NCBI GenBank assembly: GCA_024704765.1
Contig: JAKMXF010000337.1
Span: 62,001 to 126,000 of the forward strand
Reading direction: 5' to 3'
Source of the DNA: Oopsacas minuta
Taxonomy: Eukaryota > Animalia > Porifera
DNA length: 64,000 nt
Shown: one piece after another, positions 11,919 to 24,489 of the stretch
Numbering within the stretch: the first letter of the stretch is position 1
Layout: the number at the start of each line of letters is the position of its first letter
The notes under the pieces: model-generated
What the model was told of the DNA's origin: nothing
Seen by the model: the letters and a program-made list of their open reading frames with translations, nothing else
The model's database searches: none
Position numbers and translations under genes: made by a program

Positions 11919-14900
11919 CACAGTGTGGCAAAATGGCCATAATAGGTAAATAGGTAAATGAATCTGTAATATCACCACAATTAAACTTACATATACTAAA
12001 TCGACATTGTAGAGTTCAAAAATACCAATGATTTTTTGGTAGCACGACCATAAACCTAGTTATGACGTAAATACTTACATTTTCTAACTATTAACACTTG
12101 TGGTTCATTAGTGAGGATATTATGAAAGTTGATAATACATGCATGTCATGATCTTTATTCTGCTATTTGATATCCTACAATTTAAAGATCCTTAATTATG
12201 TATGAGTATTGGATATACTTATTATCATAAATCATCTGATAGTATACTATTACATAATATTTTTTGGAGGCTTTGCAACGTCTCTTTTCTTCTTTGCGTG
12301 CTTCAAACGATTCCACACTATTACGGGGTGACTACAATACAACAACCTGACTAAAATTTCTCTAACTTTATCTGTGAAAGAAGTTTCCTGCAAGATTCTC
12401 CGAATACCGCCTCACAAATATATTGCAGGATTCTAAACATTCTTCACACAGATTCTGTAATCCCTTGCCATTATTGCAAGCACCTATTAACTGAAACGAA
12501 TGGGCAAGTAACTTGTGCAAGGATGGAGTGATGCTTGCCCTTGGGTACTCAACTAGAATAAATTCGTACGTTTCTTTGCATAATTCTTGCATTTTGTCAC
12601 AGTTAATCAAGTCACCACTGTTGAGGAGTCTTAACAAAACAGATAGATTCGTCTGGATCTTCTCTAATGATATTTTATCTGAAGGATCAATGGAAGAAGT
12701 GGCCCACGTCAAAAAGTCTCTCTTATTTAAAAAGCAGTCTCGCGCAATGCTACCAGTGGTTGAAGTGCCGCCCTAGCTTGAAGAGATATCGACACTGAGT
12801 TACATCTTTCCTGGAGTATAGCTCAAACCCGTTTCATGGAAGAATTTACTTTCGAGTTTGATGGCGCCCATACCTTGTGTCCTGCATCAAGATGGTATAT
12901 CAACAGCATGAACCACCTGAATACACAAAGGTAAGCATGCAAAGGAGACGCAGGAATAATATCGCTGTTGGAAGTTGGTTGATGCGTAATACCAACACGT
13001 TGATTTGATGGGAGTTTCTAATAATCTTCTTTATCAACCTCTTCAAAAAGTTGCTAGGTGTTGCTAATTATTCTGTTAATAGGAAACCAGAACAGGCCTA
13101 TTCTAAACTTTTAATTTGGCTATCCGTTGCAGTACACAGATGACAAGAGGTCTTACCAGCTCTATCCAGCAATCCTGCCATCTTGGTATCAAAAAGGGAA
13201 CTGACTATCTCGACCTGTGCATAGCATCTAATAAGGGATAACCCATCCTGTATGATATGGTCTGTTTGAAGATTGACTATTGTATTCATGATAAGGTTTA
13301 CACTAGAATATTCTTATTTCAAAGCTATCAGTGCTAGTGGCCTAAAGCAGAACGGAGAGTTGGGTGAGCTGTTATAGAACATGTCATTCCCAAGTGTGTA
13401 TGTAATTGATAGTCTTTGAATTGGAACAAAATAAAAGTTTTTGTGTTTGATACAGAACTGTTGCTTTGTTGGCTATAGATTAATGACAACAGGAGCCATC
13501 CAATCCATCAGATATTATAATTCTAAGTAGTGTGAATCAGGAACTGAGTCTAATGTTGAAAGCAAGCGTTGAATAGTCAGACTAAGGATGGGATGATAAG
13601 AGACGCAAGTCCCAATTGACAATGCTTCGGGGTCTTTTACTATTTCCATTTCATTTACTAGGCTTATTTCCCTACGGTGTTGCGAGACAAGCTTATAGGA
13701 AGGAAGCCTAACACAACTTTGAGAATTCCTTCAGATTCGTGTATTTGCTTGCCCCAATTTCTAAGCTGTACAATATATAATCACATTTAGAGATTTGTAC
13801 TTTGTTCAATACACCGCTAAAAGATCCCTTATCGATTATTTCTCTGCACATGTCTGAAGTATCGCGGTCATAGGATTTATTTGAGACTAATTCAAAGGCT
13901 AGAGCGAGTAGTTGCTAGGCTCAATCTTTTCTCTCTCTGCTAAAAAGTCTACATGCTCTAAAAGAACACCAAGTCTCGAACTGGAAGTTTTCATGTGACA
14001 TTCGAAGATATGCTTCCGCCATTCACTTACAATCTGTTCTGAAAAGTTTCGATTTTCAGAATCAGTGACTAAAGAAGAAAATTCCAGATCAAGCGATAAT
14101 CTCTTTCTCGGATTGGATATTGTTAGATGAGTAGAGTGGAAAATCATGTTTTCCCATGTTTCAAGATCCTTCTTGCGGTAAGCCTCTCTGGATGTCAGAA
14201 GTTATTTAAATTTTAAATGGAGAGTAGCAGTTTCTTCATCGGATAAATGGTTGTTCTCAATAAGTTTTCTAACAGAAACTGTAACACTTTTTCCATTCGA
14301 AATATACAAACTATGTGCCTCATTGTTCGTGATTAATACAGACATGATCCGCAAAAGGGCTACTTTAATATAGAAACATTATGATATATGGTTGTAGAGT
14401 ATTGGAATAACTAATAACCAGCAAAATATAGAATTTTACTGAAAAATTTAAATTTACGAAAAATAAATTTTTCGGATTTTAGTCCGGTCTGGACAATGAA
14501 TGACGTGACAAATTTTTGGGCAGCTTTCGGCAAGCCTGGAAAGGGATTAAATAGTTGACTAAACATAGTAACTTTACGTATATATTAATAATGTTTTTCA
14601 AATTTTGTCAAACAAGAGATGCTACACTTCAATCAATGAGAAAAAATTCCAAATTATAACTTTGGGAGGGCCAAACTAGAGACCGGAAAATGTACAAATG
14701 AATATCTAGACTAATATATCAATTATTAAATTGTTGTTACAATAGATTTATAATCAGAAGGTGTTTTTCACTCTTATATTTAGTATTTACATCAAATATG
14801 ATTACATACATTAGAGCATAGGAATTTGCGGTTTGAAAATATCTATATATCTATTATTAGAAACACATAACAAAGTTGCGCGTAGTTAGGATTCCTGACT

Positions 14901-15012
14901 GCTTCTAATGCTGGCAATGATATTTTCTTACTAATTGAACTATGTAGAATTCGAAAAATATATTGAAATATGTTTTTAAAATATGCTTATTTCCCCATAT
15001 TGCCACACTGTG
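11919..15012 (-). mobile_element. RAG1-like / Transib-superfamily transposon with RSS-heptamer termini
   Basis: 18-bp TIRs CACAGTGTGGCAAAATGG (11919-11936) and CACAGTGTGGCAATATGG (reverse complement of 14995-15012); perfect 5-bp TSD TTGTA at 11914-11918 and 15013-15017; encloses a RAG1-like transposase relic. Confidence 0.93.
12250..14345 (-). pseudogene. RAG1-like DDE transposase, about 700 codons, several stops and frameshifts
   Basis: Hand translation: ISDGLDGSCCH (Asp 13498-13500), SLFDTKM (Asp 13188-13190), SCHLC, SPLHAYL, GGTSTTGSIAR, SLHKLLAH, LCEECLESCN (Glu 12431-12433), KTSFTDKVREILVRLL. Order and spacing parallel RAG1 D600/D708/E962 and its Zn ligands. Confidence 0.88.
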
Positions 15013-15327
15013 TTGTACAGGGTAATCGAACATGCAATACTGAAATATGATATTGTAAACATCATATTGTGAATACTTGTTTACTTTCAGATACATAAAG
15101 TAAACAAATTTCAAAATTGTGGTAGAAGTACAGTGGGTTATTTTGGTAAAAATTTCCAGTAGGATATAACTTCAACAATTTTCATTATTTTTTCCCTTAA
15201 TTATTGGCTACTGGCGTTTTAACTCAGACTATTTTTTGGCATGTCAGGTTTTGAGAATGGATTAGCATTGAAAATTATGACATCATATTTAATTTCCAAA
15301 AATGTTCAAATATATTTTGTTTCGTAT

Positions 15328-18300
15328 TGTTTTGCAGAAATTGGTCCCCCCTACGAAAATGGTCCGAGGGACCATTTTCTGCAAATACAAAAACGTTGCA
15401 GATTTTGGTCCCCCTTTGCAGAAATTGGTCTCCCCATTTCTACATTCATCATTGTGGTCAATTATGATGACTTAGCACTTTTTAGGTTTCTTCTCACATT
15501 AGTTACTTACATACTCTTATGTAATCATAATTTTTAGTAATTGTTTCTAACGTGTGTATTACGTCAACAAAGGAAAAATAAGCGGAAAATTCTAAGAATT
15601 AATGAATATAAACAAAGCTTTGAAGATGTATTTTAGGATTGAACTGTACGAGCTGGACTGAGCAAAAAAAAGAATGATCGGAATTAACGAGGATTTATTG
15701 TAACAAGACGAACAGTGGGATACTAGGAGGCCTGAATAAATGCTGTATTGGGTAACGAATCAATTGAATTTTTACAAACTTGTGTATCAAGCCCCATTAC
15801 CATAAACTACATATAACAAGTAAAGTAACTAGGTACGACTTATATTTTTACTAAACAAGCAGAATATTTTAATCGTTGACTTATATTCGCTAAGTACTAC
15901 AATATAGGCTTCTGTAGCCCAGCCGAAGGGAACGGTTATGTTATTTAGAATATGTGGAATGATGATCATTCTAAACTTGTAATCTCTGTCAATGCGTAGA
16001 AGATACAGTTAATATGTCCTAGCCTTATCATCATATCTTTACTTGTTTTTTAAGCTTCTGGTTTTCTATCCCATCATAGGTATACCAACACTTTCCACAC
16101 TTTATCTTCATAAAGAAATGCAACCCAACATTTATGGTATAACCGATGAGGCTGTAATGTAGCTTTGTGCTCATATGACATATGAAGATATTTTCCTCAA
16201 TTTGATTTTGATTGATGATATCTTTACTGCAAGAGCTAAAAATGTGACCAACTTCAAGGATCATAAGTGGTGGCACTCTTAAAAATTTTCTGGACATTTC
16301 CTCAATGTTGGCATTTGCATCTCTGCACTTGAGGCAGTTGAAGCCAGAATTTATGTGGTTATCTATTGTAGCCTGACAATTCTTTTCGACCTTATAGATA
16401 GAAGATAGGTTGAGATGTTTTTCTGAGATACAGCAGCAGCCCCAACATTGGAATTGAATTGAATACTGACTGGAACATAAGTAAATTTCCTCCAAGAATT
16501 TAACCATCTTCCCTTCGTATCCTAAAAAGTCATATTGAGCATCTGCAATTGATATTCCAAGCTTTGGAGCTATCCAGTAGCGTAGTTGGTTAAAGTTACG
16601 AGCCTTTACCATTTGAGTAATTCTTTCAAAGTTATGCGTTATTGTAATTGAAGCTAATCTCGTTGATGTTGAAAGAGTTTCCATATGCAGGCTAAATAAG
16701 GTGATAAAATTATCAACTAAGCATGTATTTACGAGTCTGGTTCCATTATATTCCCCTCCCCATGGAGTACAGCAATCTTCTAATGTTTGTGAGTGTAATG
16801 TGCAGTCATTTTCTTCAGTTTTTTCGTCTGGAATTTCCATTACTCTTGCTCTAGGTTTATTCAAACAACTTGATATTAAGAGTTTTTGGACTACGGATAG
16901 AAGGACTTTGGTAACATAATCTGTACTCTTTCTTTCCCATTGTGATGAATGCTCAATTTCTTCACTCGTATAATGGTAATAAGGTATACTTACGTTCTGA
17001 CTTTCTAGATACCATTTATTCAATATCTCAGAAATCTCGAGACTAGTATCGTAATTCGTAATAGAAGAAGCATCTTCTTCATAAATAGGAGGATAGTGTT
17101 CCAACCTCCAATCATACAAATCTTTATAATGCATGTCACTTCTATTATGAAGATCATTATGTAGTGGAGAGAGTGGAATATTCGATTGGAGTGATCCAAT
17201 TACATGTTCTTTCATTGACAAGAGTAGATCAATAATCTCTCTTCTTGATTGGCTGTCTTCTTGTTCACTTGTTGCAAATACAACTTCTTCTCCAGCTAAA
17301 AATGGGGACGAAATGGATAGAATTTCATCTTCGTCAAATAGTTGGGCGTTTTCTTCTGTCAAGTTGCTTATTAGAGGGTTCAACTTAATACTCTGTCTTG
17401 TAGATATAGTAGTGGAAGACCCTCTCCAGAGTTTAGCCTTGGATCTCTTTACCCGAGTTATGGCTTTATTTTTGCAAACTTGGAGCGTTCTCGTAGAAAC
17501 CTTTGTGATTGGATAGGGGCCGATCCACTTGTCTTGTAATTTCCCTCCTTTGCTTCTCATTCTGGACACATTCTCAATGAGTACTTCGTCATTTACTTTA
17601 AAGCTTTGAGTGATTGGGTTTACTTTTTTGTCGAACTGTTCCTTCATTATTTTCTTTGAGTTTATGAGGTTTTTGCCAGCCTGTTGAAATGAATCTTCTT
17701 GCTCATTTTTCATGAATTCGAGTAGTTCATCGTCATTATCGTTATCTTCAAGTGAATTTTCCTCCATAGAGACGTCAGGATAGAGAAAGGCTAAGTTTTC
17801 AGCTTCAAATGGAAGGCGTGGTTTGCGACAGCCATGCATTAGTTCGAATGCAGAATATTTTGTGGTCTCACGAGGGCGAAGGTTAATTGAAAACGTAACT
17901 TGCTCCAAGTAGTGAAACCAGTCATCCCGTTTCTCACTTAAAGATTTTTTAAAGATTGTTTAATCGCTTTGTGTGTAGATTCTATGAGACCATTCGTTTG
18001 AGGATGGTAGGGAGCTGAGAATAGTAATTTACAACCATGTATTTCTTGAGGTGTTTTGGAAATCGTATTCGTGAATTCTCTTCCGTTATCAGTTACAATT
18101 TGTACCGGAGCACCTTGCCGACAGTATATTGAAAAAACTCCAGTAGCAACATCTCTCGCGTTTTTCGTTTTCAGAGGACGAGTCTCGATCCATTTAGTAA
18201 AGTGATCGATGAAAGTAAGAATGTATTTGTAACCTTCTGACGCTATTAGTGGTCCCGTCAAATCCATGCCTACTCTAAACCACACTTTCGTTATGACTGG

Positions 18301-19001
18301 GAGTGGTTGTAGTGGTATGGTTGGTGCTTTTAGGCTAGGCTGGTTCCTTTGACACGGTACACATTTTTGTATATAAGTACGTATTTCCGTGTACATTCCT
18401 GGCCAGAAATATCTCTCATTTGCAATACGATACAAGTAGCGAAAACATTGATGTCCAGCATTATCATGGACTTCTTTGAGAATATCAAGTTTTTGGTCAG
18501 CTTTTATGACGATTAAGAGAGTATTTCCCGATGGTTTAACAAGTTTATTAGAATTAATTGCATATTTTGCGGCTTTCTTACGCAGGAACCTTTTTTCGTT
18601 TTTGGTTGCGTCCAGAGGATAGGAATTGAATTGTAGGTAATTGACAAATGATTCGTACTCAGTTGGATCCATAAAACAGTGAAAATATCAAATATTGACT
18701 ACATTTTCAAAGCTTTGTTTATATTCATTAATTCTTAGAATTTTCCGCTTATTTTTCCTTTGTTGACGTAATACACACGTTAGAAACAATTACTAAAAAT
18801 TATGATTACATAAGTGTATGTAAGTAACTAATGTGAGAAGAAACCTAAAAAGTGCTAAGTCATCATAATTGACCACAATGATGAATGTAGAAATAGGGGG
18901 ACCAAAATCTGCAAAGGGGGACCAAAATCTGCAACGTTTTTGTATTTGCAGAAAATGGTCCCCCGGACCATTTTCGTAGGGGGACCAATTTCTGCAAAAC
19001 A
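15328..19001 (-). mobile_element. Ginger DNA transposon (element A)
   Basis: Near-perfect TIRs of about 300 bp (15328-15630 and 18700-19001) with TGT...ACA termini; 4-bp TSD GTAT at 15324-15327 and 19002-19005; Gypsy-like integrase without RT. Confidence 0.93.
16031..18672 (-). CDS. Ginger integrase plus GPY/F region plus USP/C19-like cysteine protease domain; one frameshift near 17945
   Basis: ORF 17938-18672: HDNAGH..CVPC (HHCC), [23 protein letters not shown] 16031-17908 continues the integrase ([14 protein letters not shown]), then [35 protein letters not shown]. One extra A in the A6 run (17945-17950) joins the two ORFs. Confidence 0.82.
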
Positions 19002-19439
19002 GTATAATTTATGACTATAAAGGATGTTCATAATAGTATCTTGTTTCAATAACGAATACTGTAACGACACAGCGCATTAGTTGTTGAAGAATTGTATCCC
19101 AATCTAGTATGAAGCATAATATTGTGATTCGAATATGTTGTATAGGAATGTGATATATTATGACAACTACAAAAATAGATACATATATATATACCTAAAT
19201 TAGTGCATGTCAAATTATTTACATAATTTATAGTCATATAATGTTGTAAAATTTCACTTACACTCCATGAAGTAAATGGATATTTCTGGATACGAAACAG
19301 GGCTTAGAATTGCTAAAGTAGATGTCAATTTAGCAAGTAGAATAATTAGAGAAATACTTGGAATCGACTCACAATTACCAACGTTCTCGAAAGATGTGAA
19401 GAACCACAATTTGAGGTGTACTCGGCTTAGATAACCAAT

Positions 19440-19990
19440 GAACCACGATCTATCCAAAATATTCTTGAACAAATAATTCTTAAGTGTCAGGACTATATTA
19501 CAAGTACTGAAACTTCAGTCCAAAGTTAGCCAGTTGGTCTAAAATTCGTGATTTTGGTACAATTCTAATACCTCCATCACAATTTTACCCAGCAGTATCT
19601 AATCCAATTGGAGTAATCGTTAACTACAATTATCACATCCTTGATCTCTTGAGACCAGCCCCTGATGTACTCGCTCAGCTTTATGGTTAAACATGGTGTA
19701 GATGGGTCGGGAAGTCACAATGTATCTAATCTTAGATCGCTCACAGCTGATGATCATTCACATTTTCTCTTGTTCATGGTTTCTCCTGTTGAATTGAAGA
19801 TGGCAAAGAAATTTTATCTGGTCTATTCGATACCCAAATTCTAGATTCTCCAACCAGCCAATCCCATTGCTATTTCAAAAAGAGAACATTTAAAGTGTCA
19901 TTACTAAAATGAAATTCTTGAATCCACAAATTGACGAACTCGTGTCAAGTGGCATCGAGAATGAAAGTAGACTTGTGAATAATAGTTGAG
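19440..19990 (+). pseudogene. second RAG1-like/Transib transposase fragment
   Basis: Hand translation: SWSKIRDF..IPP, FMVKHGVDGSGSH (Asp at 19701), PNSRFSNQPIPLLFQKEN. Same motif order as the element at 11919-15012 but a divergent sequence; no termini found. Confidence 0.65.
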
Positions 19991-20194
19991 CTAAATATTA
20001 CATCAACCTAGTAACCAAAACTATAGAATGCAATGTTGGTATTATTTGGGTTTGGCTGAACTTCGCTGAACAAATCTTTATAAATTGGAATCTTAGATAG
20101 TCTGTCATGCGTGTAATATCCTGAATAGTGCGAGAAATTGCGAGAAACCTTTGTTCACAACAAACTACGCACGCCTCATTCATTTTGTCAGAAC

Positions 20195-20555
20195 TAATTC
20201 ACGGTGATACTAATCTGCAAGAAGTTTAGGCATTCAATTTCAACTGTCTGCAAGAATTCACTTGGATAATGACAATTCAAGAGTATGATCATTCAATTTC
20301 TACTTTCTGCACTCATTCAGTTGGATACCTATCTGTAACGGCTTACTCAATCAATTTCAACTAATCTGCACATATTCACGATGATACTGACCTGGAACGA
20401 GTCAAAACTTTGGGTTAAAACTGTCTGCACATATTCAAGGTGACTAACCTGTAACAAATGTATAATTCTGGTTTAGATGTCTGCGCTCATTCACGTTGAT
20501 ACTTGCATGTGTTGAGTCTAATCATTCAATTTCTAATATTGGCACATATTCACTT
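20195..20555. repeat. degenerate tandem repeat, unit about 59-60 bp
   Basis: Recurring TCTGCAC/ATATTCAC core near 20246, 20305, 20365, 20423, 20478 and 20538. Confidence 0.6.
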
Positions 20556-20770
20556 TCATACTGTTATAGATCATAGGAACCCATAAGCTCGCTAGAAAGC
20601 TACTAGCACTTAGTTAATCTGTTTAGTATGATTAGTAGTTTATCTTAATAGGAATTCTCCATTAAAGATCTATACCAGTATAACATAATTCATACTGAAT
20701 TCAGCCGAAAAATGGTGATCCTTATCACCGTCAGTTTACATGAGGTACTGCCTAACCAGAGGATCGAAGA

Positions 20771-21970
20771 GTGGGAGCCCTTAATCAGAGCATCGACTGG
20801 ATCGATGAACCCAAAGGCAGCAATTCAGTTCTTACCAGTCCACGTCCACAGGCGAGAGCACGAAAGGGAAATTGTCTAGAGGCGATCAAAGAGGAATCCC
20901 TGGACGCTGCATTTGAGCTCCTCCGAACACATTTGGACCCACCGGTTGACAAATTCGAGGCTACACAGAAGTGCTATGAGATGACCTGGGCCTGTGGTGA
21001 CTACGTAGATGATTTCTCGGGCGGATGGTTAAAGAAGCTAGGCGGGCAAATCAGACCAACCTTCAGGCATGCTTGAATCTCATAACGCAGCTACTGCAGG
21101 AAGTGCGCTCGGCGTGTATGGGATGGGTGTGCGAGATACAGGGAAATATGACAGACAAGTAGGCCAGGATGTTTATGACCAAGGTGCGAACTGTAATGAC
21201 GAAGAGGGGATTCCCTTGGAAAGATGGTGGCGACAAGCAGACACAATAAGTTGTGGAGGTCCCTAAGAGAGTAGACGTCCATGGCATTCCAGAGAATACC
21301 AAAGCCCCAGAGAACGAGACGAGGAGTCCCACCCAGGGTACACAGAACAAGATTGGATAAGCCGGGTCCGCATCCTACCTGGAAAAGAAGTGACATCAGG
21401 TGTTTTGCTTGTGGAGAGAGGGGACACATGTGGCGCCAATGCCCTGAGAGGTCATGTGGGAATTTCGGCCGGAGGGGACACAATATTGGCGAGTGCCCGA
21501 GACCAGAGGACAACCATAGGGGAGGGTACGTGAGGAGGCCAGTACGTGGAGGGAAGGATCGGATTCTGATAGTGGAACAGGACAACCTCGCACACACTCC
21601 CAGAAAGGACAGCAAGCCTAACGACGAGGATGCGGTCACGCTGAGAGTCGTAATAGCTGAGAAGGAAATGTTCGCCATATTAGACACTGGAGGGAAACCT
21701 TCAGTTATGGCTCGAAACACAATAGCGCAGTTGGGGCTCGACGACCACATTCATCCAGTGTATAGTCATATGTTCGGTCTGGGTCAGGTCCTGGTACCTG
21801 TCGTCGGAAAGGTGAACCAAGTATTCTGGACTGAGTGGTTGGATTCCATCTTGGGAATGGGGTTTGGTAATTCAGTAATGTCCTTTTGCTGTCTAATGGG
21901 CATCTCTTGGAAATCAACTTGGTGTAGAGGTACGGTTGTCCGGATTGGTACTGCGATAAACACATACTGA
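20771..21970 (+). pseudogene. Gypsy-like LTR retrotransposon gag-protease relic
   Basis: Zinc knuckles CFACGERGHMWRQC and CGNFGRRGHNIGEC followed by aspartic protease motif AILDTG; frameshifts; no RT, integrase or LTR seen. Confidence 0.75.
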
Positions 21971-22621
21971 GGATTGACAGCAGCGTCTGTATTTGGCATT
22001 TTAGCCGATAAGAAATAGCGATGCTGTTTTGATCCATCTTCAATATTCCGTTTAGACATTCTCGTGGGAACAGCTTGGACACTAAAAGTAACTACAAAAC
22101 TAAGAAATAAAGAATACGCAATTGAATGGGAGATTGAATAAAGTAAACTGCGATGATCGTTGAATTGCCTGCCATAAGGAGCGAGTAATGATGTAACAAT
22201 ATACTGTGAAAGGTAGAAGCATTGTTATTGTATTTCAAATAATTGTTCGTTTTGACTTGCTGTTGTAGTTTTTTCAAAGATTTTCTAGCTCGTTATCACG
22301 AGGACTTAACAGACAGGAATAATTGATGATTGATGTTTTTAATCCACGAGAAAATGATGCAATCAATTCATATCTTAGTAAAGATGTAATTCGCTCCCAC
22401 TTACATCATAACTGTGAGCCATAATGAAGTTGTGGGGAATTGGATGGAAACATTCGGGTGTTCGAGCACAGATCAGAAACCAGAACGCTGAGTTGTCTAT
22501 ATACATTACTAGCATATATTACCCGACCTATGATTTGAAATCACACAGCTTCTCCCCTTAGCGGTATCTATACAGTATTGATCTATCAAGTAAAATTTGA
22601 ATGGGATCCAGGTGGATATAT

Positions 22622-22985
22622 GGTACCGCTATTAAACTTTGTAATGGTCCAGTTGCCAGTACTTATGCACGGTTTTCATCCCAAATTTGGTGAATAGTAA
22701 AGTTATTTCAGGGCTAGAAATCTGATAGCTTGGAATTGAGAATTTGAGGTTAGATTTACTAGATTCATATATATATATCAACTTTTGAAACCATTTTAAT
22801 CAATATCTTCTAATCAATAAACCTTCAGTTATCAAGAAATATTAAGACATAAAACCACCCTACACTTTTCAAATACTATCTTTCAGATCTCTAGGTCAAA
22901 AATAACTACAATATTCACCAATTTAGGTGAAAGCTGACATACAGCACAGAAAAATCAGCAACTTAACAAAGAAAAAGGCGGTACC
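22622..22985. mobile_element. possible MITE with imperfect long inverted repeats
   Basis: GGTACCGC/GCGGTACC ends plus an internal inverted match (AAATTTGGTGAATA..TAGTTATTT..CTAGA.ATCTGA); no TSD identified. Confidence 0.4.
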
Positions 22986-23104
22986 GTTAATCTAATTAAA
23001 TCCCTCTCAAATAATAATTGTTGAATCAATACCGTATTAAGAACACAAAAAGAGAAAGCAATATGTTATTTCAAACAAAGGAGCAAATTATGAACCTTAT
23101 TATA

Positions 23105-24401
23105 CAGGGGTGTTCAATAAGTTCGTGGAAAATTATATTTAGAGTAAGGAGTACTGAATGTTATATTTAGCTTTCCATTTATCAATCATATATTTATTGA
23201 TTTACTTAAACTTTGTGATACAAGCAGCTATATTCAGAGCAATAATTAGATCTTTCCGTCAGTTGTTTGAAAGATAATGAATTTTGAGAACTTAGAGCAT
23301 CGAGTAGTCATTAAATTTCTCTGTATAAAAGGACTAAGCGCTACTGAAACGTTCAAAGAGATGAAAGATGTCCTCAAAGACAATGCCCCTAGTCAATCTA
23401 TGGTTGCAAAATGGCATGCAGAATTCGAACGTGGAAGAGAAAGTATTACAGGTGACTCTCGCTCAGGAAGGCCCACATTTTCTCTCCATCCAGAAACAAT
23501 CCAATCTATTAGTGGTGTGTAGAGAACGATCACTGTATATCGATCAGAAATATAGCTAATAGGGTAGATTTATCAATTGGAACTATTCATTCGATCATTC
23601 ATCACTATCTTGGGCACAAGAAATACAAAGCAAATTGGATACCAAAAACTTTATCTGAAGATCAAATGAAGGCTAGACTGGAACCTAGCAAAAGCATGAT
23701 TGATTTGTATATGTCTGACCCAGACGATTTTCATGCCAGACTGATTACAAGAGATGAACTTGGATATACTACCATGACCCCTGCACTGTTAGCGAGGCTG
23801 CGGAATGGAGGCATGAAGATTCTCCATAACCCAAAGTACCCGACTTGGTCACTGTCCAAAGTCTAAGTCAAAGCTGATGCTATCAATATTCTGGGATTCT
23901 AAGGGACCATAACTATTAGATTATCTTCCCAAAAATACGACAGTGACTGGAACATATTATCCCAATCTAATGACGAAATTACGCGAATATATAAAGAAGA
24001 ATAGGCGAGGAATGCTAAAAGGAATCCCACTCATTTTACATGATAATGCTCCATCCCATAAAGTCATATTGTACAGGAGGCAATAAAAGATTGTGGCTTT
24101 AAACAGGCGCAACACCCACCATACAGTCCTGATTTAGCTCCCAGCGATTATTATCTATTTCCAATTGCCAAGCAAGCACTTCGCGGAAAGATTTTTGGCG
24201 ATGACGATTTATTAGAATCGGGTTTTGAAGACTGGTTAGACGCCAAAGACAAAATGCTTTCTTCATCATGGTATAGAAAAGCTGAAAGATAAGTGGCTTA
24301 AATGTATTCTATTATAAATGGATTATGTTGAAAATTAAACTCTAGCCATTACTATACAAAACGTCTATATACTAATTTCCACGAACTTATTGAACACCCT
24401 G
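23105..24401 (+). mobile_element. mariner-family transposon (copy B), decayed
   Basis: TIR CAGGG(G)TGTTCAATAAGTTCGTGGAAA at both ends, TA duplication; transposase relic from 23277 (EHRVVIKFLC, ITRDE, LHDNAPSH, HPPYSPDLAPSDYYLF). Confidence 0.93.
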
Positions 24402-24489
24402 TATATTGTATTTCTCGTAAACTTAATCTTGCCGTTCAAGACGGTTGGATAACTGTCGCAGGATGAGGATAATTTTGTTACCCTATTGA

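Noticed and set aside
11926-11960. RSS nonamer (ACAAAAACC) 12 or 23 bp from the left heptamer of the RAG1-like element
   Set aside because: Not present; the sequences at those offsets are CATAATAGG and AATAGGTAA.
14971-14979. TTAAAAACA 26 bp inside the right heptamer as a nonamer-like site
   Set aside because: Only 6/9 identity, an A run in AT-rich DNA, non-canonical spacing and no counterpart at the left end.
15335-15435. Short repeated GCAGAAATTGGTCCCC units resembling a repeat-spacer array
   Set aside because: They are subterminal repeats inside the Ginger TIR, mirrored at 18895-18995; eukaryotic context and no cas genes.
21063-22082. Several long minus-strand ORFs (e.g. 21091-21750)
   Set aside because: Antisense shadows of the GC-richer Gypsy gag-protease relic, with no motifs of their own.
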